Shown here: piece after piece, positions 50,667 through 62,651 of the stretch
Position numbering within the stretch: the first letter of the stretch is position 1
Layout: each line of letters starts with the position of its first letter
NCBI GenBank assembly: GCA_009698575.1
Contig: WLPX01000002.1
Span: 8,790 to 72,789, forward strand
From: Actinomycetota bacterium
Lineage (GTDB): Bacteria; Actinomycetota; Actinomycetes; S36-B12; UBA5976
Length of the DNA: 64,000 nucleotides
Reading direction: 5' to 3'
Notes under the pieces: model-generated
What the model was told of the DNA's origin: nothing
Database searches by the model: none
Seen by the model: only the letters and a program-made list of their open reading frames with translations
Position numbers and translations under genes: made by a program

Positions 50667-50900
50667 TTACGCTGTTTTAATTAAAAGTCCAAGGCCCACA
50701 ATGGCAGCCGTCCAAATGAGGGCTAACGCAATTGTGATGCGGTCTAGATTTCGTTCGGCTACTGATGATCCACCAAGTGATGAACTCATGCCGCCACCAA
50801 AAAGATCGGAAAGTCCCCCACCCTTACCTTTATGAAGCAAAACTAAAACAATGAGCAAGATGCTGGTTATAGCTAGGACAACCTGGAATGCTGCAATCAT
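50667..50900 (-). CDS. secG: Preprotein translocase SecG
   Basis: VLLHKGKGGGLSDLFGGG...AERNLDRIT. Confidence 0.96.
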   Translation of the reverse strand: MIAAFQVVLAITSILLIVLVLLHKGKGGGLSDLFGGGMSSSLGGSSVAERNLDRITIALALIWTAAIVGLGLLIKTA

Positions 50901-50933
50901 TTTTTCACCTTCTGGTTCTGGGGTAGTTCTATT

Positions 50934-51707
50934 CTACGGGTGCATCCGATAGCGACAAACCGAGACAAACTCATCAGGATCTAGGGATGCTCCGCCGACT
51001 AATCCCCCATCAATATCTGCTTCTTTCATTAATGCTGCTACGTTATCGGCCTTCATCGAGCCGCCGTACAGAACGCGCGCTTGATCGGCTGCAGATCCGT
51101 GGACGTTACGAATCTGGTCCCGGATCGCCCCGCATACTTCCTGAGCGTCAGCCGGAGTCGCTACCTCACCGGTGCCAATGGCCCAAACTGGCTCATACGC
51201 AATTACTAAGTTCGCCACGTCTTTAGAAGAAACGCCCGCAAGTGCTGCGTCCAATTGACGCAAAGTGTGAGAAACCTGTTCGCCAGCGTTACGAACTTCT
51301 GATCCTTCACCGACGCAGACAATCGGAGTGATTCCGTTGCGCAGAGCAGCCTGCACTTTTAGATTTACTGTCTGGTCATTCTCGCCGTGATACTCGCGTC
51401 GCTCAGAGTGACCAACGATTACAAACGTGCATCCAAGCTTGGCCAACATAGGTCCACTAATCTCGCCGGTGAAAGCACCCTTGTCAGCCTTAGCCAAATC
51501 TTGAGCACCATACTTCAGTGCTATCTTGTCGCCGTCAACCAAAGTTTGCACTGATCTGATGTCCGTGAATGGCGGGATCACCGCGATTTCAAGTGCCGCA
51601 AAATCTTCAGCATTAAATGTGTATGCCAACTTCTGGACTAGTGCAATAGCCTCAATGTGATTGAGGTTCATTTTCCAGTTTCCTGCCATTAATGGGATAC
51701 GCGCCAT
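50934..51707 (-). CDS. tpiA: Triosephosphate isomerase
   Basis: [31 protein letters not shown]. Confidence 0.98.
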   Translation of the reverse strand: MARIPLMAGNWKMNLNHIEAIALVQKLAYTFNAEDFAALEIAVIPPFTDIRSVQTLVDGDKIALKYGAQDLAKADKGAFTGEISGPMLAKLGCTFVIVGHSERREYHGENDQTVNLKVQAALRNGITPIVCVGEGSEVRNAGEQVSHTLRQLDAALAGVSSKDVANLVIAYEPVWAIGTGEVATPADAQEVCGAIRDQIRNVHGSAADQARVLYGGSMKADNVAALMKEADIDGGLVGGASLDPDEFVSVCRYRMHP

Positions 51708-52904
51708 TTAGTTGTCCTCCAGGACTGATATGCCAGGCAAGGATTTGCCCTCTAAAAACTCTAAGCTAGCTCCGCCACCGGTGGAGATATGTGAAAACTT
51801 AGATTCATCTACCTTAAGCAATCTCACAGCTGCCGCTGAGTCTCCGCCGCCTACAACCGTCATGCCAGAATTCTTAGTCATCGCTTCTGCGACTGCTTTA
51901 GTTCCGGTTGCAAACGCCGCCATTTCAAAAACACCCATCGGACCATTCCAAACGATAGTTTTAGCATCGCCAAGCTTTGCTTGGAAAATATCAATAGTTT
52001 TTGGGCCAATGTCTAGACCCATCCAGCCATCGGGGATATCGTCAACTGAAACAATTTGGGTATTTGCATCTGCGGCAAATTTGTCAGCGATCACCACATC
52101 TACCGGCAGTATGATCTCAACGCCAACTGTTTTAGCAGTCTGCAAAATATTTTTTACGTTCTCAATTTGCTCAGTTTCCAGTAACGAAGATCCAACTGAT
52201 TTTCCTAAGGCAGCCAAGAATGTGAAGCACATTCCGCCGCCAATGATTAATCGATCAACATTGGAGATTAAGTTTTCGATCACTTTGAGTTTGTCACTCA
52301 CTTTGGATCCACCTAAAACCACAACGTATGGTCGATCAGGTTGGCCGAGCACCTTTGCAAATACCTCGACTTCGGCTTTCACAAGTAAACCTGCAGCATG
52401 TGGCAAAGCAGCGGCCAGTTCTGTAACAGATGCTTGGTCGCGATGAACTACGCCAAACCCATCGCTTACGTACAGGTCCCCCAACTTTGCCCATTCAGAA
52501 GCTAATTCCCGACGCTGATCGGTAGCCTTGCTAGTTTCGCGTGGATCAAACCGAACGTTCTCTAGCATGGCTACTTCGCCATCATTTAGGTGTCCAATAA
52601 CAGTGGCCGCACTATCGCCACAGACATCCGATGCGAGTGGAACTTCGCATTTCAGAATTTCACCTAACCGAGTCGCGGCTGGTGCCAATGAATTTTTAGC
52701 ATCTGGCTCGCCTTTTGGTCGCCCTAAGTGCGCAAGGATTACAACTCTTGCTCCCCTGCTGCGCAAGTTTTCAATCGTTGGCACGCTGGCACGAATCCGG
52801 CCATCATCTGTGATTTGGCCAGCTTCTAGTGGCACATTTAAATCAGAACGAACGAAAACTACTTTTCCAGCAACATCGAACTGATCTATTCCGCGAATCG
52901 ACAT
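51708..52904 (-). CDS. pgk: Phosphoglycerate kinase
   Basis: [37 protein letters not shown]. Confidence 0.98.
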   Translation of the reverse strand: MSIRGIDQFDVAGKVVFVRSDLNVPLEAGQITDDGRIRASVPTIENLRSRGARVVILAHLGRPKGEPDAKNSLAPAATRLGEILKCEVPLASDVCGDSAATVIGHLNDGEVAMLENVRFDPRETSKATDQRRELASEWAKLGDLYVSDGFGVVHRDQASVTELAAALPHAAGLLVKAEVEVFAKVLGQPDRPYVVVLGGSKVSDKLKVIENLISNVDRLIIGGGMCFTFLAALGKSVGSSLLETEQIENVKNILQTAKTVGVEIILPVDVVIADKFAADANTQIVSVDDIPDGWMGLDIGPKTIDIFQAKLGDAKTIVWNGPMGVFEMAAFATGTKAVAEAMTKNSGMTVVGGGDSAAAVRLLKVDESKFSHISTGGGASLEFLEGKSLPGISVLEDN

Positions 52905-52907
52905 GTG

Positions 52908-53924
<1,017 letters not shown>

Positions 53925-53980
53925 TTATTGACGCGTAACAGGTATTAACGCGTGCAGACTATGGATTAAGGACTAACTGC

Positions 53981-54961
53981 CTATTGCTCGAGCATATCAG
54001 CCGTTAAGCCCGCTTCAGTGTTAGGGATGCCCAAGTCAGAGGCACGTTTATCAGCCATCGCCAATAATCTGCGGATCCGTCCAGCAATGGCATCTTTGGT
54101 CATTGTTGGGTCAGCTAGTGCCCCTAGCTCTTCCAAACTTGCCTGTTGGTGCGTGACGCGCAGTTGTCCAGCCTCAAGTAAGTGAGCCGGGATTTCATCA
54201 CCTAAAATTTCGATGGCGCGAGCCGCGCGTGCTCCAGCAGCCACAGCCGCACGAGCCGATCGGCGTAAGTTTGCATCATCGAAGTTTGCGAGTCGGTTTG
54301 CAGTTGCGCGAACTTCACGACGCATCCGACGTTCTTCCCAAGCCAAGACTGATTCATGAGCACCAATTCGAGTAAGCAATGCGCTGATCGCATCGCCATC
54401 TCGGATCACAACTCGATCTACGCCTCGCACTTCACGGGCTTTCGCAACTATCCCTAGTCGTCGTGCACTACCTACTAACGCCAACGCTGCCTCTGGGCCT
54501 GGGCAAGTAATTTCAAGTGAAGATGAGCGACCAGGCTCTGTTAATGAACCATGAGCAAGAAACGCACCACGCCAAGCGGCCTCGGCGTCGCACAAACTGG
54601 CGGACACAATATGTGGCGGCAAACCACGAATTGGACGACCGCCGCTATCGACTAGTCCAACTTGCTTAGCTAAGTGCTCTCCTTCGTTGGCAACGCGTAC
54701 TAGATAGCGACTGCCCTTGCGAATGCCCGCGCCAGATAGCACGGATACTTCGCTCTCGTGTCCAAATATCTCGGCAAGATCTCTGCGCAGGCGGCGGGCA
54801 GCTTGACCAGTATCTAATTCAGCTTCCACAACAATTTTGCCACCGACGATATGTAAGCCGCCAGCGAATCTAAGCAATGCGGAGACTTCAGCCTTACGAC
54901 AGCATTTCTTGGTAACTGCCAAGCGACTCAATTCGTCCTTGACTGCTGCTGTCATTGCCAT
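53981..54961 (-). CDS. whiA: DNA-binding protein WhiA
   Basis: [46 protein letters not shown]. Confidence 0.96.
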   Translation of the reverse strand: MAMTAAVKDELSRLAVTKKCCRKAEVSALLRFAGGLHIVGGKIVVEAELDTGQAARRLRRDLAEIFGHESEVSVLSGAGIRKGSRYLVRVANEGEHLAKQVGLVDSGGRPIRGLPPHIVSASLCDAEAAWRGAFLAHGSLTEPGRSSSLEITCPGPEAALALVGSARRLGIVAKAREVRGVDRVVIRDGDAISALLTRIGAHESVLAWEERRMRREVRATANRLANFDDANLRRSARAAVAAGARAARAIEILGDEIPAHLLEAGQLRVTHQQASLEELGALADPTMTKDAIAGRIRRLLAMADKRASDLGIPNTEAGLTADMLEQ

Positions 54962-55920
54962 GAGGTCAGTCTGCCATGAGCGAATATCGAGGTGAACGCC
55001 GAGGCTAATAGAGCTGGATCGTGCTGATCCGCGGGCCCTTGGGGCTTGGCCAGTTTGGCTAGTTCGAGTTTTGCCCCTGCTGCGTTGGCCATTTTGGTCA
55101 GCTCTTGGACATCACCAACGTGATCTGGGTCAGCAAGTACATAATCCAAATGAAATTCGGGGTAACTATTGGCTAGCACTTCCAGATAGCGGCTGGCGGA
55201 GTAGCCGTCAGTCTCGCCGGTTTGCGGACGCAAATTAACCGCCAAAATCTTAGTTGCCGTGGTGTCGTGCAAGGCCTGTGCCATTTGCGCAACTTGGAAA
55301 TGGGTAAGAACGCTGGTGTACCAAGAACCTGGTCCGAGTACTACAACGTCGGCATTTCGCACCGCAGCGACCGCTTGCACGCATACGTTTGGCTGCTCTG
55401 GAATGAGCCGGATGGATTGGATTTCATGCGGCGTTGTTGCTACCTGAACTTGGCCAGTTACTTCAACTAGCTCGCCAGCATTTGTCTTGACAGTTGCAAC
55501 AATTTCAAGGGGCTCAATACATAGCGGGAGAACTTTGCCTTTGGCGTCGAGTAGCCGAGCCACCCAATCTAGGCCTTCGACTAAATCATTAGTTTCTTCC
55601 CAAAGTGCAGTGATCAATAAATTCCCAAGTGAATGACCGTCTAGTCCACCTTGCGATGCGAATCTATGTTGCAGCACTCGTGCCCAAGTTGATCCCCAAG
55701 TATCATCGCCACAAAGCGCCGCTAATGCCATCCGCAAATCACCTGGCGGCACTATGCCAAATTCTTCGCGCAATCTGCCACTACTGCCGCCATCATCACT
55801 TACGCCAACCACCGCAGTCAGGTGCGGGGTAACGCGGCGCAATGCTTGCAGGCTTGCTGCTAAACCATGGCCGCCACCAAGTGCGACAACATCAAGTGCT
55901 CGATTTGGAGCTGACGTCAC
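54952..55920 (-). CDS. yvcK: YvcK/GlmR (CofD-like) UDP-GlcNAc-binding protein
   Basis: [30 protein letters not shown]; within rapZ-yvcK-whiA triad. Confidence 0.92.
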   Translation of the reverse strand: MTSAPNRALDVVALGGGHGLAASLQALRRVTPHLTAVVGVSDDGGSSGRLREEFGIVPPGDLRMALAALCGDDTWGSTWARVLQHRFASQGGLDGHSLGNLLITALWEETNDLVEGLDWVARLLDAKGKVLPLCIEPLEIVATVKTNAGELVEVTGQVQVATTPHEIQSIRLIPEQPNVCVQAVAAVRNADVVVLGPGSWYTSVLTHFQVAQMAQALHDTTATKILAVNLRPQTGETDGYSASRYLEVLANSYPEFHLDYVLADPDHVGDVQELTKMANAAGAKLELAKLAKPQGPADQHDPALLASAFTSIFAHGRLTSWQ

Positions 55921-56786
55921 TATTCGCGACCTAAATCTCGATGCACTACTCGCACTTCTACCCCGCTCTTAACTAACCGAGCAGATAAATTCTCCGCCAT
56001 TGCCACGCTGCGATGTTTGCCACCGGTGCAACCCATAGCAATTGTCACAAACCTTTTACCTTCACGGACATAGCCGTCTTCGACTAAGTCAATAATCTGC
56101 GCATACTTTGTTAAGAAGTCCTGGGCTTCAGGGCTGGACACCACATAGTCATTAACTGCAGCATCTAGTCCAGTCAATTCCTTTAGGTTTGGATCCCAGT
56201 ACGGGTTAGGCAAAAACCGTAAATCGGCTACCAAGTCTGCATCCAATGGAATGCCGTATTTAAATCCAAATGACATCACAGTGGCGCGAAGCTTGGCATG
56301 CTCGTCGTCCCCAAATGAACCTTCGATGGAACGGCGCAATTCGTGCACATTCAAGTTGCTGGTGTCAATCACGATGTCCGCTTCAGCCCGTAAGTCGCTG
56401 AGCAACTTACGCTCACGTTGAACTGCGCCCAGCAAACTGTCGTCACGTTGTAGTGGGTGTGGTCGCCTACTGGATTCGTATCTGCGAACTAGCGATTCAT
56501 CGCCAGCCTCTAGGAATAACACGCGCAAATCGTGGCCTGCGGACTTGATTGCTTTTAAGGACTCTTGCAACTCGTCAAAAAGCTGTCCACCACGCACATC
56601 AGCTACTACCGCAACTTTTTGTGATCCAGTCCGTTGCGCGACATAATCCACCACATTAATCATCAGTGTGGGAGGCAAGTTATCGACAACAAACCAGCCG
56701 ATGTCTTCCAAAGCTCGAGTTGCAGTTGACCGGCCAGCACCGGACATACCCGTTACTAAAACGACGTCGATAGCTGGATTACTCAC
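55920..56786 (-). CDS. rapZ: RapZ/YvcJ nucleotide-binding protein
   Basis: TGMSGAGRS, VDNLP, SFGFKYG, RFLPNP, GCTGGKHRSV. Confidence 0.95.
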   Translation of the reverse strand: MSNPAIDVVLVTGMSGAGRSTATRALEDIGWFVVDNLPPTLMINVVDYVAQRTGSQKVAVVADVRGGQLFDELQESLKAIKSAGHDLRVLFLEAGDESLVRRYESSRRPHPLQRDDSLLGAVQRERKLLSDLRAEADIVIDTSNLNVHELRRSIEGSFGDDEHAKLRATVMSFGFKYGIPLDADLVADLRFLPNPYWDPNLKELTGLDAAVNDYVVSSPEAQDFLTKYAQIIDLVEDGYVREGKRFVTIAMGCTGGKHRSVAMAENLSARLVKSGVEVRVVHRDLGRE

Positions 56787-58645
56787 GATTCAATTATCTC
56801 GCCTGTGGCAGTATTGACTGCACTATCCTGGGAATTATCTTGGTCCAGGAACTGCCAAATCTCAGCGGCTTGGCTAGGTCCAATTCCTGCTACTTCTTGC
56901 AACTGGTCTTGCGATGCTTGCGAAATCTTCTTGAGTGAGCCAAAGTGTGCCAATAGGGCCCTTTTCTTAATCGGCCCTAATCCAGCAATGTCATCCAACC
57001 GACTATCAACCATCCCTTTAGATCGTCGGTTTCGATGCAAAGAGATTGCGAACCTGTGAGCTTCATCGCGGACGCGTTGCAGCATAAAGAGCGCTTCGCT
57101 ATTGCGCGGCAAAATGATTGGGTATTTAGCGCCGGGTTTCCAGATCTCTTCCATGCGCTTAGCCAGACCGATCACATGCATGTTGCCAATTCCGCTGGCT
57201 TCTAAAGCCTTGGCTGCGGCATTTACTTGTGGGAGACCACCGTCGATAACCAACAGATTTGGTCGATAAGGACGCACTTCGTCGTGATCCTTAAATCGAC
57301 GAGAAACCACTTGGGCGATCGAGGCCGTGTCGTCTCTTGGATCATCGATGATGAATTGTCGATAGTCCTTCTTCTTTGGAATGCCATCTTCGAATACCAC
57401 TAGTGATGCCACAACGTTTGATCCTGAAATATGCGAAACGTCGATACATTCAATGCGAAGCGGTGCATCAGGAAGTCCGATGGCTTCCTGCATCTCAGCG
57501 AGTGCCTTACTTCTGGTAACTAGATCAGCAGAGCGTTTAGTCTTGTGTAGCCCGAGTGATTGTCCGGCATTGTTGAGAACAGTCTCCATCAATAACCGCT
57601 TGTCGCCACGAGCTGGAACTCGCACACTAATTTGAGTTTGTCGAATCACGCCCAGCAACTCAGCCAAGCTAACGGCGCTTTCTGGCTCGTGACTAACCAA
57701 GACTTCGCCGGGAATTTCCTCTTTTGTTGCGGTGGCATAAATGTGCATCAATGCATCCGTCATCAAAGATTCGCTAGTCGCATCAACCGCATTTTCCATG
57801 AAGAATCCGCGCTGTCCAACAATGCGACCACCTCGCACACTAAACACCTGAACTGCAGACTGTAGGTCGTCGTGATGTAATCCAACAACGTCTGCAAAAG
57901 TGTCATCCGGCAGGACAACTACGCTTTTCTCTTGCACCCGCTCTAACGCAGCAAGATCATCACGCAGCACGCTTGCTTGTTCATAGTCTTGCGCCGTTGA
58001 AGCAGACTGCATACGTTTTGCTAAATCAGCCATAATTGCTTTTGAGTTACCCGACATGAATGACATCAAGGAGTTAACTACCTCGCGATGCTCATCGGCG
58101 CTGACTCGGCCCACACACGGCGCGCTGCATCGATCTATATGTGCCAGTAAACAGGGTCGGCCACTCGCTTTAGCATTTCGGTACACCCCAGAGGTGCAAC
58201 TGCGAACTGGGAATACCCGCAATAAGTGGTCTAACGAATCCCGGATGGCCCATGCTTGCACGTAAGGACCAAAATAAGTGACCCCTTTGCGCTTATCACC
58301 GCGATAAACAAAGGCACGGGGAAATTCTTCTCCAGTTGAAATTGCAAGGTAAGGATAGCTTTTGTCATCGCGATACCTGACGTTGAAATTTGGATCGAAT
58401 TCCTTAATCCAGGCGTATTCAAGCTGCAGTGCTTCAGTCTCGGTGCGAACTGTTACCCAATCCAAACTAGTTGCTGTTGTCACCATAGATTGCGTACGCG
58501 GATGCAACTCGGATGCAAAATATGAATTGATTCGGCTGCGTAAGTTCTTGGCTTTGCCAACATAAATGACACGATCTTGGGAATCACGCCAACGATAAAC
58601 CCCTGGCTCAGTCGGGATATCTTTGGGTTTATCGGAGATCTGCAC
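56783..58645 (-). CDS. uvrC: Excinuclease ABC subunit C
   Basis: GIY-YIG (PGVY...IYVGKAKNLR), IDGG, RVRDEAHRFA, C-terminal HhH. Confidence 0.97.
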   Translation of the reverse strand: MQISDKPKDIPTEPGVYRWRDSQDRVIYVGKAKNLRSRINSYFASELHPRTQSMVTTATSLDWVTVRTETEALQLEYAWIKEFDPNFNVRYRDDKSYPYLAISTGEEFPRAFVYRGDKRKGVTYFGPYVQAWAIRDSLDHLLRVFPVRSCTSGVYRNAKASGRPCLLAHIDRCSAPCVGRVSADEHREVVNSLMSFMSGNSKAIMADLAKRMQSASTAQDYEQASVLRDDLAALERVQEKSVVVLPDDTFADVVGLHHDDLQSAVQVFSVRGGRIVGQRGFFMENAVDATSESLMTDALMHIYATATKEEIPGEVLVSHEPESAVSLAELLGVIRQTQISVRVPARGDKRLLMETVLNNAGQSLGLHKTKRSADLVTRSKALAEMQEAIGLPDAPLRIECIDVSHISGSNVVASLVVFEDGIPKKKDYRQFIIDDPRDDTASIAQVVSRRFKDHDEVRPYRPNLLVIDGGLPQVNAAAKALEASGIGNMHVIGLAKRMEEIWKPGAKYPIILPRNSEALFMLQRVRDEAHRFAISLHRNRRSKGMVDSRLDDIAGLGPIKKRALLAHFGSLKKISQASQDQLQEVAGIGPSQAAEIWQFLDQDNSQDSAVNTATGEIIES

Positions 58646-58647
58646 AG

Positions 58648-61509
58648 CTACTTCTTAGGCGAAGGCTTTCCTACAGTTAACAATGGTTTCAAGTACTTAG
58701 CGGTGTGACTAGATTTATGATTTGCAACATCTTCCGGTGTCCCAGTCACAACTACTTTGCCGCCACCGGAACCACCCTCTGGTCCCATGTCAATAACCCA
58801 GTCTGCAGTCTTAATTACATCTAAATTGTGCTCGATGACAATTACGGTATTGCCTTTTTCAACTAAGGAGTGCAGAACTATTAACAATTTTCTGACGTCT
58901 TCGAAATGCAAGCCGGTAGTCGGCTCATCCAATACATAGACCGTGCGGCCAGTTGAGCGCTTTTGCAATTCTGACGAGAGTTTCACGCGCTGCGCTTCGC
59001 CACCACTTAATGTTGTTGCAGGTTGACCCAGGCGAACGTACCCCAGGCCAACATCAACCAAGGTCTGTAAATGCCTAGCAATTGCCGGAATGGCTGCAAA
59101 AAATTCCAAGGCTTTTTCAACCGGCATATTCAAGACATCGGCAATGGTCTTCTTCTTGTAATGCACTTCCAAAGTTTCACGGTTGTATCTTGCTCCGTGA
59201 CAAACTTCGCACGGAACATATACATCGGGCAAGAAATTCATCTCGATCTTTAAGGTGCCATCTCCCGAACAGGATTCACAGCGACCGCCCTTAACGTTGA
59301 AAGAGAATCTACCTTGTTGGTATCCCCGCATTTTCGCTTCCGGGGTATCAGCAAATAACTTGCGCACGTGATCGAAAACTCCGGTGTAAGTCGCTGGATT
59401 CGATCGCGGAGTTCTACCGATTGGACTTTGATCAACGTGTACTACTTTGTCTAGCTGATCTATACCATCAATTTTTTTGTGGCGACCTGGAACCGTGCGC
59501 GCTCCGTTTAAGTCTCGAGCAAGCACGTTGTACAAAATGTCATTAATAAGGGTCGATTTTCCAGAGCCAGATACGCCAGTGACTGCGGCAAAAACTCCGA
59601 GCGGGATGTCTACCTTTACATCCGCCAAGTTATGTTCTTTGGCTCCGTGAATAGTAAGCATTCTTGACTTATCAACCGGGCGTCGGATCGCTGGTACCGC
59701 AATAGATTTCTTGCCTGATAAGTACTGGCCAGTTAGTGATTCTTTAGTTTTGATCAACTTTTCATATGATCCGCTCGAAACCACATGACCACCGTGCTCG
59801 CCAGCACCTGGTCCGATATCAACGATCCAGTCGGCAGTACGAATGGTGTCTTCATCGTGCTCCACCACAATCAAGGTATTTCCCAGGTCACGAAGTCGAA
59901 TTAAAGTCTCGATAAGTCGATGGTTATCTCGTTGGTGTAATCCAATACTTGGTTCATCCAGAACATACAAGACACCGGTAAGGCCACTACCAATCTGAGT
60001 AGCCAGACGAATTCGCTGCGCTTCCCCACCAGCCAATGATCCAGCGGGCCGTTCCAGCGACAAATAATCCAAGCCAACATCAATCAAGAAAGCTAATCGT
60101 TCATTTACTTCTTTCAACACTCGATCAGCGATTGCGCGTTCGCGTGGCGATAGTTCAAGTACCTTTAGGAATTCAGCACATTCTCCAATTGGTAGCTCAG
60201 CAATCTGGGCAATGCTCTTTTCGTTAAGTGTTACTGCAAGTGACAGTGGTTTCAGGCGCGCACCATGACATGCCGGGCACGGAACTTCGCGCATGTACCC
60301 TTCGAGTTTTTCACGGCTTGAATCACTCTCTGATTCTTGATGCTTTCGCTCAATGTATTGAATAACGCCTTCGAACCCAGTTGAATAAGTGCGTTGTCTG
60401 CCATAACGATTCTTGTACTTAACCTGGACTTCATGGTCATGGCCATGCAATAGCGCGTTACGGGCTTTTACTGGGAGCTTTTTCCACGGAATCTCTAGAT
60501 CGAATTCCAGTTCTTTGGAAAGCGCTTTAGTTAGCCGAAAGAAATAATCAAAGATGTGTCCCGATGCCCACGGATCGATTGCACCTTCAGATAGCGAAAG
60601 ATCCGGATTTGGGATAACCAAGTCCACATCTACTTCCATTCTGATGCCAAGACCAGTGCATTCTGGGCAGGCACCAAATGGTGAATTGAAAGAAAATGAT
60701 CTTGGCTCTAGCTCTTCGAATTGATTGCCATCGAATAAGCAGACCAAGTGCTCGCTAAACATGCGCTCGCGCTCTGGATCATCCTCGGGCAGGTCCACGA
60801 ACTCAAGAGTCACAAGTCCACCGGATAATCGCAGGGCGGTTTCTACGCTGTCAGTGAGCCTGCGCGCTGCATCTGCTTTAACTGCAAGTCGGTCTACCAC
60901 AACTTCGATCGTGTGCTTTTCCTGTTTCTTAAGTTTTGGTGGCTCTTCCAACGGATAAACCACACCGTCGATACGAGCTCGCGCAAATCCTTGCGACTGC
61001 AGACTACGAAACAGTTCTGCATATTCCCCTTTACGTTCTCTGATGACAGGAGCTAGTAACTGGAATCTGGTGCCTTCTTTGATTTCCAAAATTCGATCCA
61101 CAATTTGCTGTGGGGATTGCCTTGCGATTGGTCGGCCGCAGTCTGGGCAATGTGGTCGCCCAGCTCGCGCGAAAAGCAGGCGCAAGTAATCGTAAACCTC
61201 AGTGATAGTTCCCACAGTTGAGCGCGGATTGCGATTAGTGGATTTTTGATCGATTGATACCGCTGGCGATAGGCCCTCAATAAAATCCACATCAGGCTTA
61301 TCCATTTGCCCAAGGAATTGCCGGGCATACGCGGACAAAGATTCAACGTACCGACGTTGACCTTCCGCAAAAATTGTGTCAAATGCCAATGATGACTTAC
61401 CTGAGCCAGATAGCCCGGTAAATACAATTAGCGAATCGCGAGGCAGATCAATATTGATGTCTTTGAGGTTATGTTCCCGAGCGCCTCTGACAATTAGTTG
61501 ATCAACCAC
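58648..61509 (-). CDS. uvrA: Excinuclease ABC subunit A
   Basis: [20 protein letters not shown], two ABC domains, zinc fingers. Confidence 0.98.
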   Translation of the reverse strand: MVDQLIVRGAREHNLKDINIDLPRDSLIVFTGLSGSGKSSLAFDTIFAEGQRRYVESLSAYARQFLGQMDKPDVDFIEGLSPAVSIDQKSTNRNPRSTVGTITEVYDYLRLLFARAGRPHCPDCGRPIARQSPQQIVDRILEIKEGTRFQLLAPVIRERKGEYAELFRSLQSQGFARARIDGVVYPLEEPPKLKKQEKHTIEVVVDRLAVKADAARRLTDSVETALRLSGGLVTLEFVDLPEDDPERERMFSEHLVCLFDGNQFEELEPRSFSFNSPFGACPECTGLGIRMEVDVDLVIPNPDLSLSEGAIDPWASGHIFDYFFRLTKALSKELEFDLEIPWKKLPVKARNALLHGHDHEVQVKYKNRYGRQRTYSTGFEGVIQYIERKHQESESDSSREKLEGYMREVPCPACHGARLKPLSLAVTLNEKSIAQIAELPIGECAEFLKVLELSPRERAIADRVLKEVNERLAFLIDVGLDYLSLERPAGSLAGGEAQRIRLATQIGSGLTGVLYVLDEPSIGLHQRDNHRLIETLIRLRDLGNTLIVVEHDEDTIRTADWIVDIGPGAGEHGGHVVSSGSYEKLIKTKESLTGQYLSGKKSIAVPAIRRPVDKSRMLTIHGAKEHNLADVKVDIPLGVFAAVTGVSGSGKSTLINDILYNVLARDLNGARTVPGRHKKIDGIDQLDKVVHVDQSPIGRTPRSNPATYTGVFDHVRKLFADTPEAKMRGYQQGRFSFNVKGGRCESCSGDGTLKIEMNFLPDVYVPCEVCHGARYNRETLEVHYKKKTIADVLNMPVEKALEFFAAIPAIARHLQTLVDVGLGYVRLGQPATTLSGGEAQRVKLSSELQKRSTGRTVYVLDEPTTGLHFEDVRKLLIVLHSLVEKGNTVIVIEHNLDVIKTADWVIDMGPEGGSGGGKVVVTGTPEDVANHKSSHTAKYLKPLLTVGKPSPKK

Positions 61510-61582
61510 GCTTCTATGCTAGTTGTCGACCTCCTCGAGCGCATCGCAGATCCAGCCAGCATGCACACGAACCATTGAATCC

Positions 61583-62623
61583 TCAGGCTTGCAAATCTCC
61601 TGATCCAAGGTGCTCAATTCCTTCACCGCGGTGTTCTTCGGACTCTTCAACTGCGTGAGAAATCTCCGAGTGCTTTGCCAATTCTGGAGACCGGCGCACG
61701 GCAACCAAGCTCGTAACTACCGTTACCCCTAAAACAGTTGCGATAAAGGTCAAAGATTGCTCAATTGTGACATGAGGCGGGTGCAGGTCAGTAGTGCCAG
61801 CTAGCGCTTCCAAGAAAAGCTTTATCGCGATAAACCCCAGAATTATAGCTAGACCTCGGGCCAAGTAGATGATCTTTGCAAGTAGTCCATCAAGCAAGAA
61901 ATACAACTGACGTAATCCCATGAGCGCAAAGGCATTAGCCGCAAAAACTAAATAGGGTTCTTTGGTGAGGCCAAAGATGGCTGGAATTGAATCCAGCGCA
62001 AAGAGTAAGTCTGTGGTTCCAACTGCAAGAATCACTACGAAGAGTGGTGTGATAAATCGCTTGCCATCAATTTTCACAGAAAGTTTGGTGCCGACGTATT
62101 CACGCGTAGTTGCAAAGTACCTTTCAACAAGTCGGATCAGTCCATTGCCTTCTAGGTCTGGTTCTTCGTCGTGGGAGCGCCAAACCGAAATAGCTGTGTA
62201 AAGCAAGAAAGCCGCAAATACGTAGAACGTGGCAGCAAATCTAGAAATGGCAGCGGCGCCAACCACTATGAGGAGTCCTCGCAGCACGATAGCTATTGCG
62301 ACGCCAATCAGTAGGACTCGATGCTTCAATATTTCAGGTACCGCAAATGAGGACATAAGAACGATGAATACGAAAAGGTTATCCACGGAAAGGCTGTACT
62401 CAGTTATCCAGCCTGCTAGGAATTGTTGGCCGTATTCAGCGCCAAAATAATTCCAAACGAAGACGGCAAACAACAGCGCTGCAATTATGTATGCAACCAC
62501 CCAACGGGCTGCTTGTTTAGGACCAAAAACGTGTGGTCTGGCATCTACAACCACAAAATCCAAAATAAAGGCAGCTGCGAGGATACCGAGGGTCATAATC
62601 CAGAGAGCGGTAGAAACGTTCAT
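61583..62623 (-). CDS. TerC/Alx family membrane protein
   Basis: EYSLSVDNLFVF, DLLFALDSIPA, NAFALMGLRQLYF. Confidence 0.93.
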   Translation of the reverse strand: MNVSTALWIMTLGILAAAFILDFVVVDARPHVFGPKQAARWVVAYIIAALLFAVFVWNYFGAEYGQQFLAGWITEYSLSVDNLFVFIVLMSSFAVPEILKHRVLLIGVAIAIVLRGLLIVVGAAAISRFAATFYVFAAFLLYTAISVWRSHDEEPDLEGNGLIRLVERYFATTREYVGTKLSVKIDGKRFITPLFVVILAVGTTDLLFALDSIPAIFGLTKEPYLVFAANAFALMGLRQLYFLLDGLLAKIIYLARGLAIILGFIAIKLFLEALAGTTDLHPPHVTIEQSLTFIATVLGVTVVTSLVAVRRSPELAKHSEISHAVEESEEHRGEGIEHLGSGDLQA

Positions 62624-62651
62624 TTGTCAACCCTACCCACAGCGACCAGAT

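Noticed and set aside
51712-52446. 244-aa plus-strand ORF
   Set aside because: Antisense shadow of pgk; Ser/Pro/Thr-rich, no motif. The other short antisense ORFs in the track were rejected on the same grounds.
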